A stretch of 64,000 bases of DNA, taken from positions 62,001-126,000 of the forward strand of contig JYFJ02000088.1 in the NCBI GenBank assembly GCA_000934665.2, read 5' to 3'. The notes below the pieces were generated by a model. It saw only the letters and a list, made by a program, of their open reading frames with translations, searched no databases and was not told where the DNA came from. This document shows positions 27,492 through 42,099 of the stretch, one piece after another (position 1 is the stretch's first letter; every line of letters starts with the position of its first letter). The position numbers and the translations under genes were made by a program. Source of the DNA: Catajapyx aquilonaris. Lineage: Eukaryota.

Positions 27492-30457
27492 ATGGGACAC
27501 CTCAAGGTATCTAGTTTGGATGTACCCAGCTCTTCAGCAGTGATGAAGAACGGCCAGTAAGTACACTTTGCTCCTGCTAATGATTGTAAATTGCTGGTGA
27601 TATCAACACACATGAGGTATTTGCTGGTGATATTACTAGTGATATGTTAATGGTGCAGTTAGCATGTTAGCAGGTCAACAGATGGTCCTTCACACATCAC
27701 CTTGCAAATGTACAGGAAATAATGCAATGTACTAATGAATCCAGTAATGCTGTCTTGTGTGTGAAGTGTTTGTGTGTCTTGCAAGGACATATGGGCGTAT
27801 AATGCCTAATAATTGCCTTAATTTTCAGCAAATGTAATGGTGTCAAATTTACCGGAGTCTTAGAAGAAAACGATGCAATCGTGGATTCGGACACGTTGGA
27901 AAAGGTGTCAAAAGAAGAGTTAGAGGACAATTACGTGGGTGAAATTGTGTGGAAGAATATCATCGGGTTCATCGTCATGCACGCCTGCATAATTCACAGC
28001 TTCCATCATCTCTTTACTCAGGGAACTGCGCCTAGAAATATTATTATACGTAAGTTTTAAAATAAATAGAAGGTAGTCTGGAAAAATCAGACCACAAGGT
28101 GAATCGGAGCAACCTTGACAGTTGCATTTTCTTATGTGTCAAAAAAATGTTGAATTCACAGAACCTGATTTGACATAATCGTGACAGAGGATTTTATTGA
28201 ATGTCATAATATTTCATGCTAATAACTTAGGGTGAAGTAATGCCACTAAGAATGATTTGGAGCAAGTGTGCACAATTCAAACCATTGGTTTTCATTTATT
28301 CAAATTAATTGCTCAGGTGCATTTCCGATTTGATTTATCGAGTCACTTCGACAGACTGTTAGCCTTGGATGATTTGCAAGTACGTACAAACGTATGTGAG
28401 GTGCATGTTGACGCAGTGTTTTCCTTATACTCTGCTGAGATTATCAAGGGCATGATAAGCAATAAAAAAGATTACTCAGTACAGCAATACGTCGATAGTT
28501 ATGAAATTACATTATTACTTCATCAGGTAAATTTCACATTAGGTTAACTATAAAATGTATACCCTCGCAGTTAATGACCTAATATTTTATAGTATAGCAT
28601 ATTTATCCTATCGTAAGCGAATAATAAATTACGTGAGATAATGATCCTAATTTGTAGTCCTATTAATTTTTATTAATTTTTTATTTGTTAATTTTACCCC
28701 GTGATACAACTATTTGTGTGAGAAACCAAAAGTCGCAACACTGGGAATGCGGCCTGCGGTAAAGAAACCGAGAAAGTTCCAGACAATACCTATAAAAGCC
28801 AAAAGAACGAGACCTGCTGTTAAAGCCATCTTCCATGGTAATAGTGGCTTACGTATTTCTCATATCCTATTTTATATCACGTGCCATTTCTATTTGTTAA
28901 TTTATTTTCTTGATATCAGTTGATCACATCATGTGTTAACCACGCAAAGGAGATTTTTTCATATAGGGTGTGGGTCTTCAGGAAATTCGGGGTAGTAGAC
29001 TCTTCAAGGCCAAACAAGGTCTGGCTAAGGTGGTTTCCTATGGAATGCTGTACCGGTGCATTGGACAAATCTGACTCATTCCGGTTCAATCCTGTCTGAA
29101 GATTTCACTAGGCCCACCTGAAATAATCGTAAAGAGTAACGGGTTTCGCCACACGATTTTACAAAAAAAAAAAAAAAAAAACTTGTAGAATAGTAAGTTA
29201 CTATGTTGTGATTGGACCCATTTCCACATCTAGTATTTTGTAGAATATTTCAACAATTTTATTTTTTTTAAACCAAACAAAAGTCGAATTTTAGACAGCG
29301 TACAATTGCACTTAAAAGTATGTCAATTTCGCCAATTTTTCACCACCCTGTAAAGCTCAATTGTTTCGTTTTATCTCATTGCCAATCATTTCAGTGGTGC
29401 TTTACAGCCAATTGCTCAACTTTGGAATAGCAGGAGGTGCTCACAGGCTATGGGCTCACAGATCCTACAAAGTCAGGCCTACACTTAAACTATTCTTGCT
29501 CTATCTACAAACCGCTGCAGGACAGGTAAAACACCCCCCAATTTGCCTTTCCCCCCCAATCAACCTGACACCCCCATTGTGTTTAAGAATTCCCTGTACG
29601 AATGGGTCCGAGACCATCGGGTGCACCACAAGTTCACCGAAACCAATGCGGATCCACACAACATCAAACGAGGATTCTTCTTCGCCCACATGGGTTGGCT
29701 CATACGAAAGAAACATCCTGATGTGAGAGAAAAGGGAAAACTTGTGGACATGAGCGACTTGGAAAAAGATCCTGTCGTCATGTGGCAACATAGGTACGCA
29801 ATGTGACTGAAAATTTTTGATTGGAAAATTAACTGCTTATTTTTTTCCCCCTCATACAGGTATTACATGCCATTGGTATTGATAGCCGGATTCGTCCTTC
29901 CTACCCTAGCATTCAAGTACATTTCGGATGAGACTTGGTATCTTGTTATATCAGCAGTCATAACCCGGTATGCAATAGGCCTGCATCTCACCTGGTTGGT
30001 CAATAGCTACGCACATAAGTTTGGAAACAAACCATACGACAAGTAAATACAATGCAATTTCACTACTCTTAATTGAAAAATTGCATTGCTATCATTTATT
30101 TATTTATTTATTTATTACAGACATGTCCAAGCCACAGATTCGGTATTTATGGGCTACGTGGGTCACGGAGAAGGATTTCACAACTACCACCATGTATTTC
30201 CATGGGATTATCGTGCGTCTGAGTTTCTGTATTACAAAGGAATGAACGTCACAGCTTCCATGATTGACTTTTGCGCGAAACTAGGATTGGCTTATGATAT
30301 GAAGACAGTGTCGCATAATGTGGTCAAAAACAGGGTGCTAAGGACAGGGGATGGCACCCATCATGTGTGGGGTTGGGGGGACAAGGACATTCCTCAGGAG
30401 CACATCGACATGACTGTCACATTAAACAAAAAGGATGGCGACAAAAAGGAGCAGTGA
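27492..30457 (+). CDS. Acyl-CoA desaturase (first/Delta-9 family), paralogue 3
   Basis: Exons 27492-27556, 27829-28049, 29395-29525, 29588-29793, 29860-30042, 30121-30457 join in frame (acceptor before 29588 is AAG). GIAGGAHRLWAH, HRVHH, GEGFHNYHH, WLVNSYAH. Confidence 0.95.
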
Positions 30458-32306
30458 TGATGACATGGGGACCAAGACAAGACTATACAATATTACCTGG
30501 TGTGGATTTCAGATTTATGGTACCATATTTGACAAATATATACTGCATATATTTGCACCATTTATTGAGGTGATTAGCCAAATTTTAACGAGAGATTATA
30601 AAATGTATCGTTTGTTCTAGCCACAGTTATTTATTGTATGTTACTTGGTTTGGTAGCGTAGAATTTTTCACTACTTTGTGCCACAGAATATTGTACCTTA
30701 CACATGGTCAATATTTCTTTCAAATTAGCAAACGAGTATATTAATAGCTTATGGCTACAGGCTGAGAAAAGTATTATACAAAATGTTGAAAATATGCCAG
30801 TTTGAATATATTAGTCGAGTAGTGGATGAGTTAAATGTTACAGCGTGGGCTTCTTTAACTGATGACCTCACAAATGAATTTTTCTTTTTAACTTCATAAG
30901 CACTCGATGACCATTTTTGTTACTTTTCAGATTTTATATGAAAATATATCTAATTGAAAGAAAACTCTTGTTTAATTTTGGGAAAGAGTGATCATTGTTG
31001 CAGAAACCGGAAAAAAGTGTATGATGATGGGAGTAATAGCACACAACGAAATGCCGTAAATCACTAGGAAACATCCGTCATCTTACAGGTTCATCACACA
31101 CATATACACACACGCACATTAATTATCTCGTGTGACAGCAGCCGGACATCTGTACATGCGCACATCCCCTATCTGGCTCATGACGAGGAAATGAAGGACA
31201 TGTTCTCTTTTATGAGATTGCTTTCTGATCCTTTATTTTAAAGGAGAGTGATTTATGTACATAATTTTTAAATATTTTACTATTATTTTCACTAACCCAG
31301 TGGAATTCACATACGGTCGATGCCCGCTAAGAAAATTGTTACAGACGACATCTTGACCTACACCTTGTACATAACAAAGGGTGCGGGGGATTAGGGTGCA
31401 TCATTTGTTAAGTGTCTTAATGGAGAAACGCGAGGAAGAAATATCGAACTTTTAAGGAACGCCATCGCCATAAGCTCTAAAGAGGATGTTGTTGACAAGG
31501 ATTAGGTTGAAAAATGGCGAAAGAAATCGCTGGAAAATGTAGCGGGCTCAGGTACAAGAAAAATACAGGGATATTGCTTCTAGTACCTTATAAGGATTTC
31601 GAAATTGATCTCTTGAGGTGTGAAGATTAATTAGTAATTTTGCCAACCTCAACCAGGCAAAATTAGGATGTAAAGATGACAGTAGAATGAGCTCCTAACT
31701 GCTGTCACGCTATTTATCTCTCTCAATATCAATGATAATAAAGAGCAAGATTAGCACCATTTAAATGAGAAAGGCAAACTTGCAAGGAGGGACGCATACC
31801 TGTCAGGATATTTTATACCTTGCAGATGCCAACGATGTATTGTGATGATTTTATAGTGCCCAATAGTTTACCTTAGAAGTATGTCTGAATCATTACGAAA
31901 CATCGGGTGCCCTGTAAAAATAACTAATCCGCACAACTGAGCCATACACTAATTGACCTGGACACTTATATTCAAAAATATTACTGACAGCCAAATAATG
32001 TCTATTGTACTGAACCCGTTTCCCCACTCAGAATATTATTTGTTTGTTCCGGAAAAAGTTCAATATCACTATAGACTCTTCCTTAAACCTATCCCTTCCA
32101 ACAGGACTCTCTAAACAAAAAATGAAAAAAAGTAGGCCAAAAAAGGTCAGATTCCCAAACGTGACTTTTTGTGTGTGTTCCGTTCGGACTGGTGCTTAAA
32201 CCAGAGGTGAGGAAACACCCCCCCCCCCCTCCCCCCCAAAAAACGCCACTTACGCATGCGGAGAAAGCCTCACCCAGGCATCTTGAATGGTTCATTTACA
32301 TTTCAG

Positions 32307-32365
32307 GGGCCGAATAGCACAGGACCAGAGGACCAGCACCCATCACACAGCTGTAGGGCCCACAG
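32307..32365 (+). other. Candidate non-coding 5' exon of desaturase 4
   Basis: TTTCAG acceptor ending 32306, CAG|GTGAGT donor at 32366, no ATG; desaturase 4 ATG exon has an acceptor at 33213 so an upstream exon is required. Confidence 0.4.
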
Positions 32366-32550
32366 GTGAGTGGTACTTGTTACACTGCACGCAATACTGT
32401 AATACAAATTAAATTAAATTATAATATTAATATGCCATATAGGAAATGATCAATCGTTTTCCAATCTGAAATATCAGTGGTCCCTAATTTTTTGAAAAAT
32501 TGGGCATGATGTGTGTAAGAGTTACTTAAAGTAATTTATGTAACATGATG

Positions 32551-32696
32551 TACCAACATGTCTCAATAAGTTTTGGCCACTTTATCCTGGTCCTGAAGCA
32601 ACCCTTCACACACACACCTGCTCACCGTGGGGCATGTGCGAAGGGTTGCTTCAAGACCAGGATAAAGTGGGCATAACTTATTGAGACAGATTGGTA
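32551..32696. mobile_element. MITE family B, copy 2 (same inner arms, different outer tips)
   Basis: TACCAACATGTCTCAATAAGTTTTGGCCACTTTATCCTGGTCCTGAAGCAACCCTTC pairs with GAAGGGTTGCTTCAAGACCAGGATAAAGTGGGCATAACTTATTGAGACAGATTGGTA. Confidence 0.88.
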
Positions 32697-33217
32697 CATA
32701 ATTAGCAATTTTATTTAAAAAGTAAGCGGCGTTTGTGAAAACAGGGGTGTGACGCAAGAACTTCTGAATTTTCACCCATCATAATTATTCGTGATTTCAA
32801 TTCAGTTTCTCTGGACTGGTGTAATCAGCAGCCTAGATTGCATTAGGTCAAGGCCGTTTCCTAGCGGGCTCTGACGGAAGTTTCACGCCGGCGGGAAACT
32901 GCTCAGAAACACGTTAGAGTATGTACAGTACTGTATCTACAAGTTAGCTTTCATTCATGTGATTCTCGGTCAGCCTTGAACCGTCTCAAGGACAGCAACA
33001 GGAAGCTGAATGTAACCAACTTTCCCTTACAAGATGCCGGCGATGCGAATGATATGCAAATCAGTTTATGTCGCGTCTTGGGGAGGAAGTTTATTGGTCG
33101 GACTGAAGATGTCTCACAATTTTGCATAATCTGCCGGTGTTCGTTGATCTGTAGATATAGGACTGACTTTTTCCATGATAACTCGCTAATATATTAACTG
33201 ACGTCTTTTTCAGATAT

Positions 33218-34799
33218 ATGAAAATGTCGAGCACTGGTCCAGTCTTCACCGGAGTTCTAAACGAGCACGAAGAAGAAATTCGTCCCGAAACCATTCATGA
33301 AATTGACAAAAAAGAATCAAATGAGAGAGCTTCCCACAAGCTCGAACTGGTATGGATAAATATAATCGGATCCATATTTATTCACAGCTGCGGAATATAC
33401 GCCATATGTCTTATACTGTCAGGAAATATGACACTCAGGACATTCATAGCAGGTTTGTCAAGTGAAAGCTGGTTTATTATTATGTTGGTATGCTTCACAT
33501 CGATAACTATAGTTAACTAGAGTCAAACAAATGGTCAGCAGAAGTTGGTGCGTCATTATTACTAATAACTATACCTTCCATATTTAGAAGGTATTTTGCA
33601 CGTAGAAGGTAATTTATAAGGTAAATGGTTAAGAGTGTATAATTAACTTATTTCAGGTTTTGTCTACGGAACACTTTGCAATGTCGGAATAGCAGGTGGT
33701 GCACATCGTCTATTCTCTCATCGAGGCTACAAAGCAAAAGTACCTCTAAGACTATTCTACATATTTTGGCAAACACTGGCTGTCCAGGTACGTCCAGAGA
33801 AAGGCTGTACAAAATGTTTCATTTACACCCAGCGCCCATTGGTAAATATAAGCTTGGCTAGACCCGTATAATCATCTGGTGTGTATTGAGAAACAGGTGT
33901 TCGCACTCCCTAGTCTGAATCATTAAGACACCTTAACTTACAGTGTGATTTAAATATTTCAGAACTCGATGTATGTGTGGGTACGTGACCATCGTGTTCA
34001 TCACAAATTCACGGAGACAAACGCAGATCCGCACAACATCAAGCGAGGATTCTTTTTCGCTCATATGGGTTGGCTCATGTGTAAGAAACACCCTGACGTG
34101 ACCGAGAAGGGCAAACATGTTGACATGAGCGACCTGGAGAGAGACCCTTACATCATGTGGCAGCACAAGTGCGTCCCAATGTTCACATTAACAAATTACT
34201 TTATTGTTTCTAAATATTTTCAGACATTACATGCCCCTAGCATTGTTGTCACTGCTGGTCGTGCCCACCTTGTATTTAAAGGCGCTTACTAGTGAAACTT
34301 GGTTTACTGCATGGTTACTCAACGGAATCGGAAGATATTCGATCCAGCTTAACATGACGTGGCTCATTAATAGCTACGCTCATTACTATGGGAATAGACC
34401 GTATGACAAGTAAGGTTCTCTCTAAAAATTGTCATATTTTTGTTTCAAATTATTTTTAACATTTCTCTCAACAGACACGTCCAAGCAACCGATTCTCTTC
34501 TGATGGGATTCATAGGCCAAGGAGAAGGGTTCCACAACTATCACCATGTTTTTCCGTGGGACTATCGCGCTTCTGAGCTTAGATTTTTCAGAGGAGTCAA
34601 CGTCATGGCGGTTCTGATCGACTTTTTTGCGTTTATTGGTTTGGCATACGATCTCAAAACGGTGCCTCAAAGTATGGTCAAGTCACGAGTCATACGCACT
34701 GGGGATGGAACCCATCATGTGTGGGGTTGGGGGGACAGAGATATACCCAAAGAGCATATTCAAATGACTGTCAGAATTAAGAGGTCTTATAAAAATTAA
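33218..34799 (+). CDS. Acyl-CoA desaturase (first/Delta-9 family), paralogue 4
   Basis: Exons 33218-33452, 33657-33787, 33963-34168, 34224-34409, 34475-34799 in frame. GIAGGAHRLFSH, HRVHH, GEGFHNYHH, WLINSYAH. No short first coding exon found, so the start is less certain. Confidence 0.94.
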
Positions 34800-37700
34800 G
34801 GAAATCTTGGTATGTCAATCTTAAAAAGGTCAAATATTGGGAGCAGAGTTAATCAAAAGGTGCTCGACTTCATTTTACAGCATATAAGCATATACTCTAC
34901 TACATGTAAGCTTCATTATCGTCAAGATGATTGCTCATGCTCATCTCATGCTTAGAAGTAGAGCAGAAGATGCTCTGTTAAACTTTTTTGCCTTTACCCA
35001 TTATTTAAGAAATTGAATAGTCTTCTTCAGGTGCCAACAATCACTCGCCAAGAAATATGCGAAGGTAGAAAGCTATCAAGTATACCGTACCAAGAGCTAA
35101 TGACCGTACTGTATGATCTAATAATCTCAGTTTATATACCCAAACCTGACAAAAATGCAATGTTAATCAAAACTTGAAAAACTTCCGCAGTAAGTCACGA
35201 GAACACAACAATTATCTCGATCTGTATTTCGACCTTCAGTATCTTATACCCTACGAATTCCCAAACCAAAATGGCAGCTAATTTAAAAATTAATGAGTAC
35301 AAATGATGCTGATCTACTGTAATGTTACTTATCAAACAACAGCTTATTTCAATATAAAATATTCAATAAAATATGTCATAAATTATCCTGGCGGTCATAC
35401 AACCCAGCTCTCTCTAATGCTAAGATGGTAGTGTGTGCAGCCTTTGGCTTTTTCCAGTAAAGGCAACCAGAGGGACATACTGAAGCAGCGGGGCCTGTGC
35501 TGCCTCGCCGGTAGACACTGGAATCACCTCCACTAAATACACAGCACATGAACAGACATGAACACAGCCAATCATCTGAATCCAACTGAATTATTATTTG
35601 TAGAGTTTGGCGATTTTTTGGCCCTCATCAGCTTATTACGAAGCAGCTACTTCTGCACAGTTAGATTGTATCAAATTTTGTGTTGATCATAAGATGAATC
35701 AAGAGCTAATTGATGAATTGATAATCTCTTCAGGCCTCATATTACACTTAATTTCTGAGGAATTTGGGAACAACCCATTTGGAACCACTGATATAGGGGT
35801 TACCCAATGTTAGTGGTTGATCCCCCCCCCCCCCCTTTTGCAGGTTTAACCATCCTATGCCTGCATCTGTTTAAAAGTATTGCGATTATGATTATTATTC
35901 AATTTGTATTCAATAAAAGGATGCTCCTTGTTCTGAATTTTTCTAGGTCACTAAGAACAAGATTGCCCTGTTTAAAAGTTTCCCTGCGAGATGCTTGTGG
36001 GTCACCTAACCCAAGAAAAAGAAAACGGGTACAGGTGTGCGTCTGACACTGTAAGACTGGTTTCCCGCTCATCGAAAAAGCAATCAAAGCAGAAGATTTG
36101 AGGAAGCTGGCCAGAGAGACTCTGAATATGGTGGTGATGCCCCAGCTACTAACTTGTAAGACCTGGTTTCTGCATAGCCTACTGTGCACGTTGTAAGCTG
36201 ACAATAGTTGGACGGCTGCAGAAATGTGTGATTAGATCAGTCAAAAAGTCGTGCAAAATATTGTATCTAAACTAGAAAAATACATCGTTGTACAAAAAAA
36301 GAGATGAGCAAAAATATTTTTCAGTGTGTGGGTCGAGTAAATTTTTATATTTTAATTTCCAAGCATTCACACCTAATGAGCTCTCACATTATGCCTTCAT
36401 CTTCACAGGTCAAGTCATATAATACTAAATATAATTTTAGGGCTACAGTACAGTCATATAGTCATAGAGTACACTATACATTTGATTGTCTACAATATCA
36501 CTGGTGGGTAATTTAAACAGTTCCAATAACCCAACGCGGTATACTTTGTCATTTAATTTCCTGTTTTAATGGCCTACAAATTGTAGAACTTGGTTCAGAC
36601 AGTTATTCAACCTGTTTGTAAAACCATTTTAAAAAATAACATAAAACGTGACAACCCCCATTTCGTTGCTCATATTGTTGCTTTTGCCGCATTTAGACTA
36701 TAGAAAAACATTTTGCGAACTTCCGTGATTCATCTCAATTTCATGTAAATCAGTGTTATCGTGACGAACATGCTTACACGTTTTGCTACCATATGATGAG
36801 CCTGGCACGTGATTGCGTGTCAAGAACAACACTCCTTCACACTAATGTGGGCTTGTCAGTCCAGAAATCAGGAATGAATCGATACATATCGATAAACAGA
36901 AATGCCAATAATTATGATATTCCATCAGGGTGAAGGTTCACTTAAACACATTATTATTCCGTGAATGTGTGCAGCACAGTTGGAACAAGTATGTGAATGT
37001 ACCCTCAACCTTCACCTTTTCACTTCTGCTTACTGCAGGTCAGCAGGCAAAGTTTCTGGTTATAAAACAAACCCAACAGTATTTTAAAAAATATTAGCAA
37101 TATTCACATTCATATAAATTCCTGAGCATTTTTTGTGAAATAGTTCCCGGTTGTACAAACAAAAATTCTTAAGAATAAGAAATTCTTCACAATTTGTAAG
37201 ATTACAACTAATATTTTGCCTGAACAGAACATTTTATACTGACGTTCTTGATACACAATTTTCCACAAAAAATTATATGGTGACAAGTATAAACCAAAAT
37301 GTTTGGAATATACATTGCCTTGTGCATCATAACTTGGAGCCACATAATAACCACGACGGCAACAAATTACAAGGATCCCTAGGTCAAGGGAACTGCATTC
37401 CGTCGTGAGCTTGTTTGAGGTTGTGACCGAGCTTCGAAAAAGTAGACCTCAAACGTCCCACTTCCTTGTACATATAAAATCCTTAGTTGACAAACAGGTT
37501 TTTTAAAAACCAACCTGCAATGTCTCTGACACTGCCGAAGGTGGCCTTGAGCCGCAGAATTTCCATTCAGACTAGGTCAACACGGAACTTCGCCAAGACT
37601 TTTTGAACTACTAACTTGCTGAAAGATGCACATCAGTTTTCTCAATCTACAAACTGAAGTCTATAGTCTATAGCATAATTGTTAAATATTATATTAAATT

Positions 37701-39566
37701 ACAATATTCTGCCATATTTTTTCATGCCGGATGGAATCAAATTGTTATTGAACAAAATGATGCGTCAAGATATAGTGTAATATTCCACTATGTTGAAATA
37801 ATAATGTTAGTCATTGATTTAAAAGCTGCAAATTTCACAATGTTTGCAAAAAAAATGCCTTCCGGAGTATAGGAGTATTCACCGTTTGTGAGAAAATAAT
37901 CTTGACCCTGACAACAACATACTCTATTCTTAGAAAAACATGTATTCCCAGCAAAGTTTTTCACTGCCTAGATCTCCTGATTTGTCGATATATCTATATA
38001 TCTCACCCGATCCCAAGGTCTTCCTCTCACCCTTACACACTGACACGCCATAGTTCAAAATCTCAAATCTTTCTAGAATTGTCTTCTGGAGGTTCATCAT
38101 ATAGGCATTGACCTATAAAGTGCAATAGCCTTCTACAGTTCTACCTCTAGAACCTTGTTCCAATTGAGCTCCCTTATTTTTCTTCCCCCAGGTTATCTGG
38201 GTGGTGTAATATCGATTCTATCTCAAGTAGTTATGAGATTATGACTTTTTAATTTGCCAATATGTTATCAGTTTATAAGTCACATTTTTTATTATTATTT
38301 GCATTGTTATCTCAAGTGGAACACGTTTCGACGCCGTACCAGGCGAATCCCGACCAATCAACGAGGAATCAGGAAATAACTGTTTGTACCGTGGGAGGAA
38401 ATGGGATGGTCCCGAGTAAACCTACAATGACACGGAGAGAACCTCCAGATTCCTTCAAGTGGTTCAATGAATTCGTGAGTGAAACGTTTGAAGTCATACG
38501 TTGCTGTGTATTTGAAAGGCTGTACAAAAATGATGGGGGAGCAGAATCAAATATATTATAACTTAATGAAATATGTATTTTAATTATAAATTAATATTTA
38601 TGTATAAATGGTCAGGCAATAAATGACAAAAAATAAGAAAACAATCCTTCATAGATCAGCAAATTAATTCATAAATTAATTCGCAAATTACACAATATGA
38701 AGTGAAATATTGTAAAAAGTCACAAAATTAATTCATAAATGAGTTCATATAAATCAGTGTCCTTTTTCTGTCTACACAGCTACACTGGCATGGCCCTAAG
38801 AGACTGGCACAATGACTATCATTACTTACCCCTCTTGTTAGCAACACCTGGCTAAGAGTCATGCTCCAATATCAAGGCATCACTCAAGAGCACCGAAAGT
38901 GAGGGATGTGGCTAATAACTTTCGTGATGTTCGTGCCAGGTAATAGTTAGTAAGACTTCAACAGCCTGTAGCACCGTTGTCCGGTACAGTCATCTTGTAA
39001 TTTGGCCAGCCGTAACCTACTGGGTGGTTGAGGGTGGGTGGTGGGGAGAAGAACCTACCTTCCTTCTTCCCACATTATACTGTAGTTGGGGGGGGGGGGG
39101 ATCAACTGGTTGGCCAATTCCCCCCTCGGCATGAAAATAAGGCTAATGGATGTTCCGCTTCAAGAACGAGTCAGATTCGGGGAGTCAGACCGCTCAGTTG
39201 TTCTGTGACCGTCTTGTGGATTGTGACCTCTCCAATTGGTGTGCTCGGATTTTTAGTGTAGTTACTTTTAGTGTGGGAAGCACATTTAGGGGTAGGTCCA
39301 AAAATATATTTTTTTGGTGAAGTTTGCTAATTATAATTTACAATTTTTATTTTCAAATTTTGTCAAATATTAATCCTGAGTCCATTACTGTAGATGAACT
39401 GTTACAAATAGTATGAAACAAAATTTGGGGTTTGCTTAAATATTTAAATATTGTACCCCTGCCATTTCTTTTAGCCGATTATTATATTGGGTGTTTCAAA
39501 TATAATGGTAGCAACAGTGGTCATCAAAATATTTCGTAGGTTAAGCTCCTGATTTTCTGCCATTTT

Positions 39567-39608
39567 CCTGATGTCCAATATATTGGACATCAGGTCTCAG
39601 GAGGATAT
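39567..39608. repeat. Truncated copy of the 56-bp palindrome at 59888-59943
   Basis: CCTGATGTCCAATATATTGGACATCAGGTCTCAGGAGGATAT is identical to the right-hand 42 nt of the palindrome. Confidence 0.85.
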
Positions 39609-42099
39609 GCTGACAGGATTTGCACATTTTCTCCAGATTTTTCTACAATGTGGACCAATTTTTACAACAACGGGGAAACACACTCATCCACTCACCCATA
39701 TCTTTAATAATGATTTTTTTGGAGTGTCTGCAAAGCAAGCCTCCTAGCAGGTCTCGTAATGGGACAGGTTTTTATATAGAGTAGTTATATGGTCGCTATA
39801 AAATTAGGGAATGCATGAGATACAAACTATATTGTCATAATATGCTAATCAGAAAAAGACTTTGAAATGGTCTATCAGCATCATTTCCTCCATTTTTGAA
39901 CCTTGGAGTGTTCCCAAAATTTTAGTTTCGATATTGTTCGCTATCATACAGCTACTACAGCTCAGTCATCCATAGGCATTAGACTAACGTAAAATTAATA
40001 ATTATCGCAAATAATACATTCTGAATTTTCTTATCACACCAATTTCGGATCATCAACATCATCATTATAGTCATAATCATCACATTTCCCATGAGCCAAT
40101 AATGGAGCACATAACGCAAGGTGAATTATTTAAATTGAAAAGGCGGTGAATTTAAACAATTTATAATGCGCAATACTAAACATTAAAAAAAACAGTGCTC
40201 GTCATGTATGACGCAAAAATTTTAATATCTATTTTTAGTGCGGATGATTTGCGAAAAAACAATCGTTTTGAAGCTATAATATCCCTTCCGTGATCCTCGC
40301 AATTCAGCAAAATCTCCCCCCAAATTAAATCCCACAAGGACATCACATTAACATATAAACAGAATAAATATTCATCCTTGGACCCCCACATATGCATATA
40401 AACATAACAATGTTTTTTAAAAAAACCACCTTCATTGCACGTGATGCACCAAAAATATTTCTCGTAGGACTCAAAATCGCATTTTATCGCCTTCCTTCAC
40501 TAGGCCAGTGGGCATACCGCAAAGTTTCTCCGAATCCTCCACGCAGGAAGAGACCAAGCAATGGTCACGCTAAACTGAGAAATGTGAAGTTCAGGTATAC
40601 AAAAACAGTACACGAAAAGGAATGGTTCCGCTACAGTCTTCTGTTATAATTTATCGTACAGACTGTTCAACAGAGCGCGGCAGAAATACATGTGAAGTCG
40701 GTCATGAATAGGGGGAGTCCTTTTCTTTCCTGGCAAAGCACGGTGTACGCATGTACCGGGTGAGTCAAAACATCAGATTGGCCCAAAACGAGTGTAAAAT
40801 GTATAGGGATGAGAAATATGCCCCCTGAGACAAACGCGGCAACCCGCATTGCACCTTATATTGAATTGTCTACGTCATTACCTGTTTGTTTCTCAACATT
40901 TATCACCTTTACATTTTCGACTTTAAAACCCCCAATGTAGCCACTGGTGGCTTAATGACCTGCAGTTCTAACACATCCTGTACACTGTAATACCGTACTA
41001 TATTGCATTGTTGCACGCGATGGAAATCGTCTCCTTTAGAGGAAGAGCCACTAGGTATTGCCCAATGAGAGTATTCTCTCTAACGATTATTTCCCATATA
41101 AACCTCCGGACCAAATTGTGGGTCGTGTGAAATATTGTGCCATCATTTGGCCACTGGTGAAGTGAGTTGCGAAAATTGCGTGGTTTAATTGGTCGCGTGA
41201 GAAACGACACAATCACACATGCCCTTATATTAGGACACGATATGCGAATTGTGGGTGCCAACTATTGCCCTTAATTACTTGCTGCATTGAATAGAAGGTG
41301 TGCAGACAACAAGTTCCGTTTGGCTAAGAAGGGTGAGGACAAAATGGACACATTGTATCATAAAGTTGCTAACTAAAACAGATATTTCAATTAAATACCT
41401 TCATCTATATTCTATAGTACAGATATAGATGTATCGTAGAATCTGATTCATGCTTGTGTGATGCTTGAGTAACATAGATGAGGAAACGTCTGTTTTTTCT
41501 ATAATTGCCTTTTGAACCGTTCAGTCCAGGTTAATTATAGAGAGTGGCATGAAAAGTCATTGGAAGGTCAACAATGTCATACAGAATGGGTAACACTATA
41601 GGAAAGTTCAGTGGCTTTGATATAGGATGCAGAGAACGTGTCTCCTGATTATGAGGCAACATTGCTCTTCTGATCTTCCTAATTGCAGAGAGTTACAAAA
41701 TTGTCGGGAAAAAACAAGTTTCTTGCATTTTTTTGTGGCGAATTTTTTGTGGGTGTACTTTTTATGCCTGATTCATATGACCTGAGAAAAATAGGGTACT
41801 TCACTGTTTGCTGTTTGGGTATAAAATTAACTCAAGGCCAAATGTGCAATTTCATGACTAATGCTCTTATGTATACATTTTATGAGGTCACAATAAGAGA
41901 ATAGTTCGTTCGAATTTATCACAATATCACTTTCAATTAAATATTACAGCTATAAACATTTCTGATCTACAGTACCGTGTCTAATGTGATTTTAGGGCAT
42001 ATATCAGTTTGTAATGATACACTAATGGCTGCAAATGCTTGTAGCCTTCATGTACATAAATTAGGATTATTGTGCAATTAATGTCACATTATGTTTCAG

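Noticed and set aside
35376..36230. Cluster of short ORFs between desaturases 4 and 5 (possible sixth copy or transposase relic)
   Set aside because: No His boxes or other desaturase motifs and no identifiable transposase signature.
32217..39100. Poly-C/poly-G runs near 32217, 35822 and 39087
   Set aside because: Isolated homopolymers without shared context; not evidence of function.
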